From positions 1-64,000 of the IMG/VR virus record IMGVR_UViG_2905639403_000004: a DNA stretch of 64,000 nt; one strand, 5' to 3'. How positions within the stretch are numbered: position 1 is the stretch's first letter; every line of letters starts with the position of its first letter. The notes beneath the pieces are model-generated. The model was not told the origin of the DNA, did not search any database, and saw only the letters and a program-made list of their open reading frames with translations. The stretch comes from a virus (lineage: Duplodnaviria > Caudoviricetes). The position numbers and the translations under genes were made by a program. Shown here piece by piece: positions 1 through 10,200 of this stretch.

Positions 1-1299
1 TTACCTGATGTACAGGCTTTCGCCCGGGTAGATCAGGCTGTAGATTGATTTACCATTGTTGGCCGCTAACGTGTACATGCTGATGCCATACTTTCTGGCA
101 ATGCTCCAGAAGCTGTCACCAGAGCAGACTGTGTAGTACGTGTGACTTGATACGGACACTGAGTAGCCACCAGAGACACGCAATACATCGCCTGGGTGAA
201 TCACACTGTATATTGACTTGCCGTTGTTAGAAGCCAAAGTATACATGCTCATGCCATACTTGTAAGCAATCGACCACCAACTGTCACCAGATTGGACGGT
301 GTAGGTCGATCCTGAGCTTACTGACGGCACGCTGGTTGTTGTCAGCAACTCAACATTGCTACGATTGATCCAGCTCATGATGCCACCAAGCAATACGTTA
401 GATCCAGATACTTGCTGCACAGTGTACGTCTTGCCCTGAACCCAGCTAGGCATTGCGACACCGTTCGCCCAACGGGTTGTACCGAAGTTGACCTTAACAC
501 TATCGCCAGCTTTGATCTGGCTAAGTGTGGTGTTGTTAGCTTGCTGGCCTGCGTTGGTTGCTGGTGTATCGGTTGATGGCTTGACGTAGGTCTTGCCGCT
601 GTCAGTTGTCGTGCTACCGTTGTAGCCTGAATCAGTGATGCCGGTTAGATCAACATTGCCATCAAGGCCACCAGCGCGATAGGTGGAAGTGAACTGGAAG
701 ATACCTACATTGTCAAAGCTCGGGAAGTAGCCATAGTTCGGAACGGTGGTGACATTGTAATCAGGATATTCCGCAAGCCATAACTGATAGTGGCTGGCAA
801 TTTGTGACAAGTCAATGTGGCTCATCAAGAAACTCTTGTAGCCGTAAAGCATTGGCGTGTACCCAGCATCGCGGATATAGTCGAGTGCCCACAGCAAGGT
901 TGCCGTGTTGGTTGACCCAGCTTCGTAATCAAGCGCAACAATCGACCCTTTTGGTGTCTGAACTTCAGGCAAGAAATGATCTAGCACTTGCTTGGCTAAA
1001 TTCGTGTCGTCGATATTCTGCCACCAGATATAGGTGTGTGCTCGCTTGCCAGCAGCAATCAAAGAAGCAACCTGCGTCTTATACGTGGTTTGCTCGTACG
1101 TGCCGTAGCCGCTATAGCCACCGATTTGAGAGATCCCAAACTTGTCAGTGGAATATCCAAAGACACCGTTATCTCCTTGGTACCGGCTCCAGTCGACACC
1201 TTGATCTCCCTTGGCCGCATTTACCTGCAATGGCAGGGCAAAAGAAATAGTCGCCAAGAAGGCGACTACCAAGGTGATGAGTTTAGTTTTAAATTTCAT
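1..1299 (-). CDS. Endolysin: signal peptide, GH25 muramidase, SH3-like domain, two LysM domains
   Basis: ATG at 1299 with AGGAGG RBS; GVDWSRYQG, ALDYE, QFTS and DGNVD motifs; YTVQSGDSWWSIA / YTVCSGDSFWSIA LysM repeats. Confidence 0.93.
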   Translation of the reverse strand: MKFKTKLITLVVAFLATISFALPLQVNAAKGDQGVDWSRYQGDNGVFGYSTDKFGISQIGGYSGYGTYEQTTYKTQVASLIAAGKRAHTYIWWQNIDDTNLAKQVLDHFLPEVQTPKGSIVALDYEAGSTNTATLLWALDYIRDAGYTPMLYGYKSFLMSHIDLSQIASHYQLWLAEYPDYNVTTVPNYGYFPSFDNVGIFQFTSTYRAGGLDGNVDLTGITDSGYNGSTTTDSGKTYVKPSTDTPATNAGQQANNTTLSQIKAGDSVKVNFGTTRWANGVAMPSWVQGKTYTVQQVSGSNVLLGGIMSWINRSNVELLTTTSVPSVSSGSTYTVQSGDSWWSIAYKYGMSMYTLASNNGKSIYSVIHPGDVLRVSGGYSVSVSSHTYYTVCSGDSFWSIARKYGISMYTLAANNGKSIYSLIYPGESLYIR

Positions 1300-1309
1300 G
1301 GTGCCCTCC

Positions 1310-1894
1310 TTATTGCTGCGGAGCAACAGATGATGGTGCTGCCTGAGTAGCCGATTCTCCATAGCTAGGGCCAACCAGCTTTGTCCACTGGTATTTGCTT
1401 GGATCATTGCTATCTTCTTGGTCATAGCTGAAGTATGCACCCATATATGATTTTCCAAGGGGATCCTTTGTAGAGAAGTCTACTGTGCCGTCAGCGCTGT
1501 TGGCATAAGCAACATGGGGATAATATTGTAAATCTGTTACTTGAATGCCTTCTCTTTTCGGATATGTTTCTGCTAGGCTGTCTTTCAAATTCGCATAAGA
1601 TTGTTCAACTGCATTGGCAATTGTCTGCTCGTCTGTGCTGGTGAAACCAAGCGATTTCAAACCATCTTTAACTGCTTGAATGGCAGTAGATTTCTTAACC
1701 GCACCGTCAATCGCCTGTGTCACACCAAGCTGTTCTGCCGCTGTTACCGCAGCATTTGCCAATGGGCCTAATACCTTTACCAAAGTGAGCGCTTGCTTGT
1801 TAGCCAGCAACTGTTTTGAGATCCAAGCCCCAATGACAGGGATTGCTGCTACTGCAAGTGATACCAAAAGTTCTGTCCAATTATTCATCATCAT
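1310..1894 (-). CDS. Holin (LL-H type) with a C-terminal tail-fibre-like repeat module
   Basis: N-terminal TM helix, AVTAAEQ..KK..AIQAV..IANAVEQ pattern, immediately upstream of the lysin. Confidence 0.85.
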   Translation of the reverse strand: MMMNNWTELLVSLAVAAIPVIGAWISKQLLANKQALTLVKVLGPLANAAVTAAEQLGVTQAIDGAVKKSTAIQAVKDGLKSLGFTSTDEQTIANAVEQSYANLKDSLAETYPKREGIQVTDLQYYPHVAYANSADGTVDFSTKDPLGKSYMGAYFSYDQEDSNDPSKYQWTKLVGPSYGESATQAAPSSVAPQQ

Positions 1895-2189
1895 TATCTC
1901 CTTTAATGCCTACATGGTCTTCCAATCGAGTAATCCTAACCGAGTGACTGCCAAGCTCTTCATCATGTGCTTTCAGATGAGTATTCAAGTCTGCCAGCGA
2001 TTGTTCGTGCATTTTGAGCTGACGATTAATCGTCTCTGAAAGTATTTGAATATCAGAGCGTAATGGATCTAAGGCAATCTTTTTGAACAGCCAGCTGCCC
2101 GCACTTACGCCCACCCCTATGATTGATATGAACTCCGCCCAGTCACCAATCGTGTATCCAAAAAATGTCACTTTCTCACTTCCCTCCAT
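1881..2189 (-). CDS. Small lysis-module protein (TM helix + coiled coil)
   Basis: ORF; near-identical copy at 53727-54020 in P2. Confidence 0.8.
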   Translation of the reverse strand: MEGSEKVTFFGYTIGDWAEFISIIGVGVSAGSWLFKKIALDPLRSDIQILSETINRQLKMHEQSLADLNTHLKAHDEELGSHSVRITRLEDHVGIKGDNDDE

Positions 2190-2200
2190 AAAAATAGCCG

Positions 2201-2332
2201 CTAGCTTTTGCTGGCGACATAGTCACTGCCTGTGATTTGTTTGTATTGGTCCTCCGTTATTTGCCGCCCCACGTACTGCTCTATCGGGCACCCCCAAGAA
2301 TATAGCGTGGCACAAAATTCAAAGTCACTCAT
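2201..2332 (-). CDS. XkdX-family small protein (43 aa, not in ORF track)
   Basis: Hand translation MSDFEFCATLYSWGCPIEQYVGRQITEDQYKQITGSDYVASKS; ITxxQYKQITG motif. Confidence 0.8.
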   Translation of the reverse strand: MSDFEFCATLYSWGCPIEQYVGRQITEDQYKQITGSDYVASKS

Positions 2333-2615
2333 TTTTTCCACCATCCTCAAGCTTTGTCACACGGGCATACAGCGCAGCAATCATCTGCTGTTCAGGTGAC
2401 GGGCCGGGGAGTGGATGATCATTAGCCGGATCGTAACCCTCATCGGCAACGATTTTGCCGTCTACAAGAGATGCGTGACCCTCAAAAAACGGAGACACGT
2501 CATCTGCTTCTATGATTTGTTGACCGTCCTCTGTTGGTCCTACTTTGGCATCTTCCGCTTCATAGGCCCAGTTGGTCAGGCGGTTTTGCTCATCTAGCCA
2601 AATCTTAATCTTCAT
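2325..2615 (-). CDS. Hypothetical tail-fibre-associated protein
   Basis: 96 aa ORF between Tal and the XkdX-like gene. Confidence 0.7.
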   Translation of the reverse strand: MKIKIWLDEQNRLTNWAYEAEDAKVGPTEDGQQIIEADDVSPFFEGHASLVDGKIVADEGYDPANDHPLPGPSPEQQMIAALYARVTKLEDGGKNE

Positions 2616-2616
2616 T

Positions 2617-5271
2617 TTAATTCACCACCGCATCATTGGTCGGATACACATCACGCGTAATGAAACTCAAGCTGCCAGCATACGCGCCTTGTCCACGCCA
2701 TGGAATAATGTAAATTCCACCCGCGTTAACATACAATTGACAGGCCGCACCCGTATACGCCATGCTACCGAGCAACCTTGATGCATCCTCACTGTTAAAT
2801 GGGCTATATCCTGGTCGAATGTCGGCAATTTTGACCCACCCGTTGCCAGTTTTCATTTCAAAATAAATTCCAATGGTGACATTTGGGCCTTTTCTTGCAT
2901 ATGAGATATTTAAGTTCTTGACATCATTAGTTTCGATCCCCGAGTCTTTGTGATAGTAATCAACTGCATCATGAGCATTAAAAGTGGAAGTGATGTATTT
3001 GGCAGAATTACCCAATCCGCTGACTAGGTCTGTCAGTTCAAGAACACCCATCGAGATCCTGCTGGTACGCATTTGTGTTGTTCCATCTGTCTGCGTAATG
3101 TATGACAGTAATCCATCGGGATTTACTTCCGTATGATAGATTTGGCCGTTTGGCTTGCCACTGGCGTCTTCAATGTTACCTGAAATGACATATGAGGCAC
3201 CGTTGAGCGTAAGGGAACCACTGGACAATATCCCAGATCCTGCAATTTTCACGTGTTGGAAAGGAACGTTGATATTAGGCGAATTAATCTCAGCGGAATT
3301 AAGAATAATTGAGTTGAGTTCTTTAATGTACAAGACAGCTTGAGCAATCGCATCATCTACCCACTTGGAACCGTCATAGCGCTGTACAGCCGTTGCGTCT
3401 TTTAAGCTTGTACCATGCCACCAAGTATCACCCTTTTTGGGATTCGCCGGGGCATCTAGCTGTACATAAGGATATGGCACATCCTTGCTTCCGGGAATGC
3501 CTTGTGGACCAGTATCACCTTTTGGCCCTTGTACCAGTTGCCAACTATAAACAGCTGGATTCGTGCTATCGGCTTTTGTGAAATCTGTATAACTACCGAT
3601 GTATTTTCTAGAGCCGGGAGTATCGAGCGAAAAGTTCGTTCTACCGTCACTGCTATCGGCATATGCAATATGGAAGTACGGCGTTTTGCCATCGGCACCG
3701 GCTTTACCGGGTACCCCATCTTTACCATCAGCCCCTTTAAAAAGTGCCCAATTGTAATCAGCCGGATTGTTGCTGTCAGCTTGTGTGAAGTCGCTATAGG
3801 TGCCAATATACTTTTTGCCATCACCACCGGATACCGTGAACCCACTTCGACCGCTTACATCATTCGCCCAAGCAGTGTGAAAATAGCTTGTACGGCCATC
3901 AGCGCCCTTTGCACCGGGAACACCGTCAGCGCCATCTTTGCCCTGAATCAACGCCCACTTGCCAGCGTAATCTGCCGGATTGTCACTTGGCACGGATGAC
4001 TTATTTGACCAAACGATTGCCATATACTTCTTACCAGTTGGGAAGGTACTCATATTGGTGCCTTTATCGTCATCGGCATAACGAAGCCAAGGATAGTATT
4101 GAACGGTTTTAGGGATATTTTCAATCTTAACCGCCATATCCTTAAGCGCAGAATACAAATTCGGCTGCTCGTTTGCGTAATCCCCTAAAGTGAGCTTGGT
4201 ATAATGACCAGCACGGCTGCGTTCAACTGACAACACTTTCGCAGAAAGAAATAGATTCTGGTTCTCATCGGCAATGTGTACAGTTTGATTTAACGGCACA
4301 TAAGGGGCATTTGCCAAATCAACTTCATAGTTGACATTTGGATGGTTATACTTTTTCAAATCTGCTAGGGCTGCCTGCAATAACGTGGCTTGAGTAGTCG
4401 ACTCAAATGTTTTGACCCGGTTCCAATCAGATTGTGTCGGATTAGGATTGTCATTGCTTAACAAACGTGAGTACTTCTGTACCGCAATGGTGTCGTGCAA
4501 GAACCCGTACTGATCAAGCACAAACTGTCCGGTTGGATCAGTCCAACTATACCCAATCAAATTAATTGGATCATTTGAACCGTCAGGTGTAGCACCATAG
4601 GCCTTCACCGATGTTTCCATGTCGTAGATATCAACTGTCTTTACGATATTGTTGATGTCTTTGTTCATCTCAAAGGAAATCAAGCTGTCGGAAGTTTTCT
4701 CGTGTCTGATATTGATAACACGTTTTACGGCAGTCGTACCTGCAAACTTAAAGCCAAAGCTAAGCACTGCATCAAAATCTTTTGCGACTGATTTAATGCG
4801 GCTGAGTGAAGTGTCTTCATCTGTCCATGTTAGCGTTCTGACGTCTGTAGGAAATTCATTAATACCGATCTCCCAGCCAGAATCATTCGTGAACATGAAG
4901 ATGTAATCAGCGATAGTATAGGCTTTGTCAGCGGTATAGGCACCCACCACTTCATTCATCAGATCATTACCTGCATCCGTACAAACGACTGTATGAATAT
5001 GCGCTAATGTATCGTGATTGATGCTGGCGATGACCATTTGGTGACCGTTGCCTTCTTCGTCCTGATACAAGACAAAGTTGTTTTCAGCCGCCATTTCATC
5101 AATGGCCTGCTCTTGCTCAGTTTTAAATGGAATCGTCAGGGTCAAGGCAATGGCAGGCCTATCATCAGTTGCTTTTACTTCACTATCAGCGCTAACCAGC
5201 CATTCGCCTTCCCCAGTTGTACGTGCAACACCCATGATGTTGAATTTTCGGTCTGAGAAATAGTATTCCAT
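2617..5271 (-). CDS. Tal / host-specificity tail protein with collagen-like (GxD) repeats
   Basis: Follows Dit; prophage-tail N-terminus; three YxHxAYA...KYIG...DS.NP..Y.W modules separated by GKDGADG repeats. Confidence 0.88.
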   Translation of the reverse strand: MEYYFSDRKFNIMGVARTTGEGEWLVSADSEVKATDDRPAIALTLTIPFKTEQEQAIDEMAAENNFVLYQDEEGNGHQMVIASINHDTLAHIHTVVCTDAGNDLMNEVVGAYTADKAYTIADYIFMFTNDSGWEIGINEFPTDVRTLTWTDEDTSLSRIKSVAKDFDAVLSFGFKFAGTTAVKRVINIRHEKTSDSLISFEMNKDINNIVKTVDIYDMETSVKAYGATPDGSNDPINLIGYSWTDPTGQFVLDQYGFLHDTIAVQKYSRLLSNDNPNPTQSDWNRVKTFESTTQATLLQAALADLKKYNHPNVNYEVDLANAPYVPLNQTVHIADENQNLFLSAKVLSVERSRAGHYTKLTLGDYANEQPNLYSALKDMAVKIENIPKTVQYYPWLRYADDDKGTNMSTFPTGKKYMAIVWSNKSSVPSDNPADYAGKWALIQGKDGADGVPGAKGADGRTSYFHTAWANDVSGRSGFTVSGGDGKKYIGTYSDFTQADSNNPADYNWALFKGADGKDGVPGKAGADGKTPYFHIAYADSSDGRTNFSLDTPGSRKYIGSYTDFTKADSTNPAVYSWQLVQGPKGDTGPQGIPGSKDVPYPYVQLDAPANPKKGDTWWHGTSLKDATAVQRYDGSKWVDDAIAQAVLYIKELNSIILNSAEINSPNINVPFQHVKIAGSGILSSGSLTLNGASYVISGNIEDASGKPNGQIYHTEVNPDGLLSYITQTDGTTQMRTSRISMGVLELTDLVSGLGNSAKYITSTFNAHDAVDYYHKDSGIETNDVKNLNISYARKGPNVTIGIYFEMKTGNGWVKIADIRPGYSPFNSEDASRLLGSMAYTGAACQLYVNAGGIYIIPWRGQGAYAGSLSFITRDVYPTNDAVVN

Positions 5272-7200
5272 TTACAGCCACGCCTCCTTCAAACCAACTT
5301 CACACGCAAATGGTTGTGCCCAGCTTGATGGCATGAGCTGAATGATGGTATCTCCGGGTGGCAAAAGGAACTTGTCCCACTGGTTGCCTAATGTATGCAA
5401 GGTACGATCTTCGTTGCCATTAAAATAAGTTTTGGTATTAGCAACATCAATGGTCAGTACATCGCCATTGCTGAAGCGATTCTTAATATCTGTATACCAG
5501 CTTACGTTCTGCCATTTAACGGTAGACGCAATTAGATACATAGTCGACTCGCCCCATGTCTTGTCTCGCATAAACCATGCTGAAAATTGCTTAGTCTCGA
5601 CACTAGCAGCGTCCGCAAAAGTGAATTGACGGGTAATAGTCGTCTCTCGTCCTCGATTGCCAACCCATGGTGACACTCTAAAAACAACCGAATTACCAAA
5701 TTTCTGCAATTCCAGCTGAATGAATTTGTCGTTAGTGAAGATATTGCGATCCAACTGTTCATTGACGACTAGTTGATCTTTGTAATAGCACATCCACCAT
5801 ATTTGGTCAGAAAGTGCACTGTTGTCTCTCAAGATCATTTGAAAGATTGGCTTGCCGTCACTTTCTAAGGTTGTTTCGAGTGAACCAACCTCATAGGCAT
5901 CAGTTTGAAAGCGCGTCATGACATCCCAAGTCAGATTGCTCTTGAAGTTACCGTTATGTGTCTGAGCAAGGTTGTGCTTGATTGAAGGACCGTTCCAATA
6001 CTTGTGGTCGCCAGTAATACTGGGCCAATTAGGCTCAACCTTCCAGCCATCATAGCTGTCCTGTGTCCAAATCGCATTGCCGATCTGTTCATTCGGCGTA
6101 GCTGGATTGTCTCCCCAGTAAAGATTATTAGAAGCCGCTTGATTATCCATGTGCGAGCCCTGAACGGCTGCCAAATTCAAAGCCACTTCACTTTCTTCGC
6201 TGGTATAGCCATCAATTTCTTCAGGGTTGCCAAATTGAAGCACGCCACCCTGACTATTGGCAAATCCTAGAAATCCATTATCAGCGTGCATAGTTGCCGT
6301 AATAACCGGTTCAACAGGATAGGTACCACCATTGTGAACCGCGATGGTATCGGAATAGTATGCAGCATCTGCTGGGTTAGGAGACCATGGAGAAGCAGTG
6401 GTGCCAACATTAAGCTTTTCTTTCTTCCAGTGAACTGTTGTTGTAGTGGGAACTTGTTTCACAAGTCTTGCAATATTGACAGCAATGTTATCAACTCCCG
6501 AAGGAATCGTGAACGTAACAGATGAATAGCCAGAAGTGCCAGCCTTAATGACGTTGCCAAAGTACGTGTCTTTAAATGTTTGTCCTGATAAAGCATCAAC
6601 ACCGGCATGCAAGTCAACGGTATTATCATTTGTTATAAAAATTTGATATGAAAACTTTTGACCAGAAGTTACTGAAATATTTGGGTGTTTACTCGGGTCG
6701 TAAAAGAAATAGGCGGGAATTGTTGTACTTGTCTCCTGATCACTTGTCCCTTTCAACAAATTCACTGGCATGTCCTTGTATGGCATGTTGTTAAACGTCT
6801 GCGTGGCTACCGAGTGTGCAATGCCACCATCGGGACAGACGAAGCTGATTGAGATTGTCCCTGATCGAAAGCCTTCGGTGAAAGTAGGCTGACTGTCTAC
6901 GATGGCTAGATAATATTTATCCGGTTCATCCCCAAAGATTAGTTGCTGTGGTTCGTCCGCATCAATAGCAGCAGCCAAGGAACGCCTTAGTGGCACCAAA
7001 TCATCATTCATAACGACCCCAGTTACCACAATCGGCTTGACGTCCCGTGACATGTATTGCAACATCTGACCATCGCTAATGCCGACCTTTTGCATTGTGT
7101 TGACGTGATTAGTTCCTACATCACGTTTGACCATCTGCACATACATCCATTGGGTAATATCTACTCCAGCGTATGTGATGGTCACGCCTGCTTGTTTCAA
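5272..7200 (-). CDS. Evolved distal tail protein (Dit) with inserted carbohydrate-binding modules
   Basis: Follows TMP; LIFGDEPDKYY motif; 642 aa with an NLLKGT...ASPWSPNPAD CBM-like insert. Confidence 0.88.
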   Translation of the reverse strand: MKQAGVTITYAGVDITQWMYVQMVKRDVGTNHVNTMQKVGISDGQMLQYMSRDVKPIVVTGVVMNDDLVPLRRSLAAAIDADEPQQLIFGDEPDKYYLAIVDSQPTFTEGFRSGTISISFVCPDGGIAHSVATQTFNNMPYKDMPVNLLKGTSDQETSTTIPAYFFYDPSKHPNISVTSGQKFSYQIFITNDNTVDLHAGVDALSGQTFKDTYFGNVIKAGTSGYSSVTFTIPSGVDNIAVNIARLVKQVPTTTTVHWKKEKLNVGTTASPWSPNPADAAYYSDTIAVHNGGTYPVEPVITATMHADNGFLGFANSQGGVLQFGNPEEIDGYTSEESEVALNLAAVQGSHMDNQAASNNLYWGDNPATPNEQIGNAIWTQDSYDGWKVEPNWPSITGDHKYWNGPSIKHNLAQTHNGNFKSNLTWDVMTRFQTDAYEVGSLETTLESDGKPIFQMILRDNSALSDQIWWMCYYKDQLVVNEQLDRNIFTNDKFIQLELQKFGNSVVFRVSPWVGNRGRETTITRQFTFADAASVETKQFSAWFMRDKTWGESTMYLIASTVKWQNVSWYTDIKNRFSNGDVLTIDVANTKTYFNGNEDRTLHTLGNQWDKFLLPPGDTIIQLMPSSWAQPFACEVGLKEAWL

Positions 7201-10200
7201 TTAAACGGTTCCTCCTTTCCAATAAGCGTTGAACCTGTCTGTTCTGTCGTTGTATTGCTTAACTTTTGGCGCAACTTTTGGATAAAACTGGTCGTCACCA
7301 ACTTGCAGAACAAAGCTAAGTTTCGTGAGAAGATCAGCAATGTTGTCCAACTTCTTTCCTAAATCATCTGTACTGCTGCTTTCACTCTCTGTAACCGCAC
7401 CATTACCAAGATTGTGATTGATGTTGGTAACAGCCTGACCTAGTAGTTGCCAAGCACGGCTTGTTTTAGTTAATGGCAAGATTGTTTCGGGGCCATCTTC
7501 GCCAACAAGCGCATGGATTGGCTGTGTGATCAAGCCACCATTGGCGTAACCTTCAGGGCCACTGACACGAGCAAAAGCAGAACTTCCAGAGCCGTAGATG
7601 GCCTTCATGTAGTGAATACCGGCAAGCAGATCGTCATAGCCGTTATAAACATCGTTGTGGCCGGGGAACTTAAACGCATTGAACGTTGGCCCAATGGTTT
7701 GTACAAGTCCCATGCTAGGTATGCCGGCTTTAGCGTTGCTATCCCACAAGTTAATTGCCCTAGGATTACCATTTGATTCACGCTGGATAACTCGCATCCA
7801 TGCAGCAACTTGGTATGCTGAGGCATCAAATCCATTAGCCTTTAAAGCTTGAATGACATATGGCTTCCAACGTTGCACGCCTGCCCCACCGGGGTTAGCC
7901 ATGGAATCTTCTATTTTTTTAAGCTCTTTTTTGATCCAATCGCCAATTCCGTTATATGCATGTTTAAAAATGCCTTCGCCGAGCTGCCCAAATGCTTTAA
8001 CAGGTGCCAAGTTAACTAATCCGCTTATTGACTTCTCAACTAAATCAGTTACATGCTTAACCGGGTGAGCGATCCAATCTACAATTGCTTCGAACTTATC
8101 ACCGATCCATTTGCCAACATCTTCAGCCTTATCGACTACCCACGAACTAGCGTCTTTTACGCCGTCCCACACACTACCGATGATGCCGCCTTGTGCAAAG
8201 CCGGGAATGCCATACATATCTGCAATGGCTTTACTTTCTTTGCCATTGTAAATACGGTCGCCAGTTTCCAGAGGTAAAATGGCATTCTTCTTGTCCGTAT
8301 AAAGCCATTGACCGGTTCGTTTCTTGTGGATCAATTCTTTGTAATGCTCGCTGCCGTCATCGTTAACCATAGCCAATTGCGTACCATCTTTACCAACTTC
8401 TCCGCCTTGGGCAAAGTGTACGTATGATGGGAGACTGACTTTTTTAACACCGAAGAATCCTAGAACACCATTGACGGCACTAAGACCGGTTCGAATAACA
8501 TCAATGACAAAGTTGATACCTGATTGAGCTGCTTTTTTAATACCATCCCAGATGCCGTTGAAGAAGCTACCAACGCTACCCCATACATCTGTCCAAACAT
8601 TTTTAATATTCCTGATGACACTGCCAATTGTGTCAGACATGCCATGAATGATCGGCGTGAAGAATTTAACCATGCCGTTCCAAATGTTTCCAAAGAAGTC
8701 AGAGATGGCACCCCATGTTCTATTCCAGACATTTTGAATGAAATTTAAAGTTGCGCTAATGCCCTTAGAAATGGTGTTTGATGCATTGTTATAGATCTTA
8801 ACAATGCCATTCCAAATATCTCCGAAGAAATTAGAGATTGCTTTCCAAACACTATCCCAGACTTTTTGAACTGCATTTAAGAAATTTGTGACATTCTTGA
8901 CTATCCAATTGGTAGAGAAAGATACAATCTTGACGATTGAATTCCACGTATCAGAAAAGAACTTAGAAATAGCTCCCCAAGTTTTATCCCATGCGTTTTG
9001 AACTCCTTTTGTTGTGTTGCTAATCGTTTTGCTGATTGTGTTTAGTGGAGGCTTAACAAATTTTACTAAGTCATTCCAGACATCCTTAAAGGGCTTCTCT
9101 ACTTTTCTCCATGCAATTATGAAAAGGCCAGCAATAAATGCCACAGGATATACAATTACCTTTTTAAGATCATCTAGTCCTGCTTTTGCAATTTTCACAA
9201 TATTCTTCCATATAGAAGACATTGTTTTGCTAATTGGATTCCAAACTTTAGACCACGCTGTTGAAAGTGACTTTCCCCAACCGTTAACGGTCTTTAGAAA
9301 ACCATTCCAGCCTTTACCGACACCCTTCCAAAAATCATTCCATTCTTTCTGTGCCCGCTTATTAGCTGCTTCTTGCTGTTTCTGCTGCTTTTTTTGAGCT
9401 GCATCAGTTGACTTGTTAATGCCATCCCACCATTTGACTACATTGTTAGTCATTTGACGAGCATCCCAGCCAAGACCACCTAGCCAACTATTAGCTGGCT
9501 TTTTCTTAGCATTCCAGCCATCAGTAAACTTCTTAGCGGCATCGCCGGCCCATTTACCGACTGTTTTGCCAATTGTCGCACCAACCGCTGCGCCTAAGGG
9601 ACCACCAAAGAAAGCACCGATGCCACCACCAATCAGCGTCCCGGAAGATTCACCAACGGCAGAAAACTTTTGGCCAACAGTACCTCCTTTAGAAAAGGCC
9701 TTTGTTAAATCCTTAATATCTGAAATAGCATCATAGGCAATTGTGACAGTCGCCATGCCCTTGCCAAGTGCACTGCTATTAAGCTTGCTGAAGTTTGACA
9801 GGATTGATTGAGCTAGTTTAGTATCACCCAGCGCTTTCAGACCGCTGTACACATGACCCAATCCTGCTGCAAATTCCAGTGCTTTTTTTGTCATCCAAAG
9901 CCCTGCAATCACTTTGACGGTAGTTTGAATACCAGATTTATTTTTGACAATATCATCCAGCACATCATGGATAGCTTTTAGCGGGTCTTTCATCGTCTTT
10001 GCATTGGAACCACCGACATTTAGCCAACCAGCGATGTCTTTGATTGCGGTTTTAAACAAGGACCAGACTTCTCCACCAGCAACTTTGGCAATGTCCCACA
10101 TATCTCCGGCAATACCAGTAACATCTTTTTTGTGTGCGGAAACATAGTCCAGAACGTTCTTGGCCCAATTAGCAATAGTTGCCAGCCCTTTACCTAGTGT

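Noticed and set aside
1300-1458. 53-aa N-terminal extension of the lysin in the ORF track
   Set aside because: It overlaps the holin; the ATG at 1299 has a strong RBS and begins a signal peptide
3450-4100. Repeats within Tal as a novel repeat array
   Set aside because: Ordinary collagen-like GxD and module repeats typical of LAB phage host-specificity proteins
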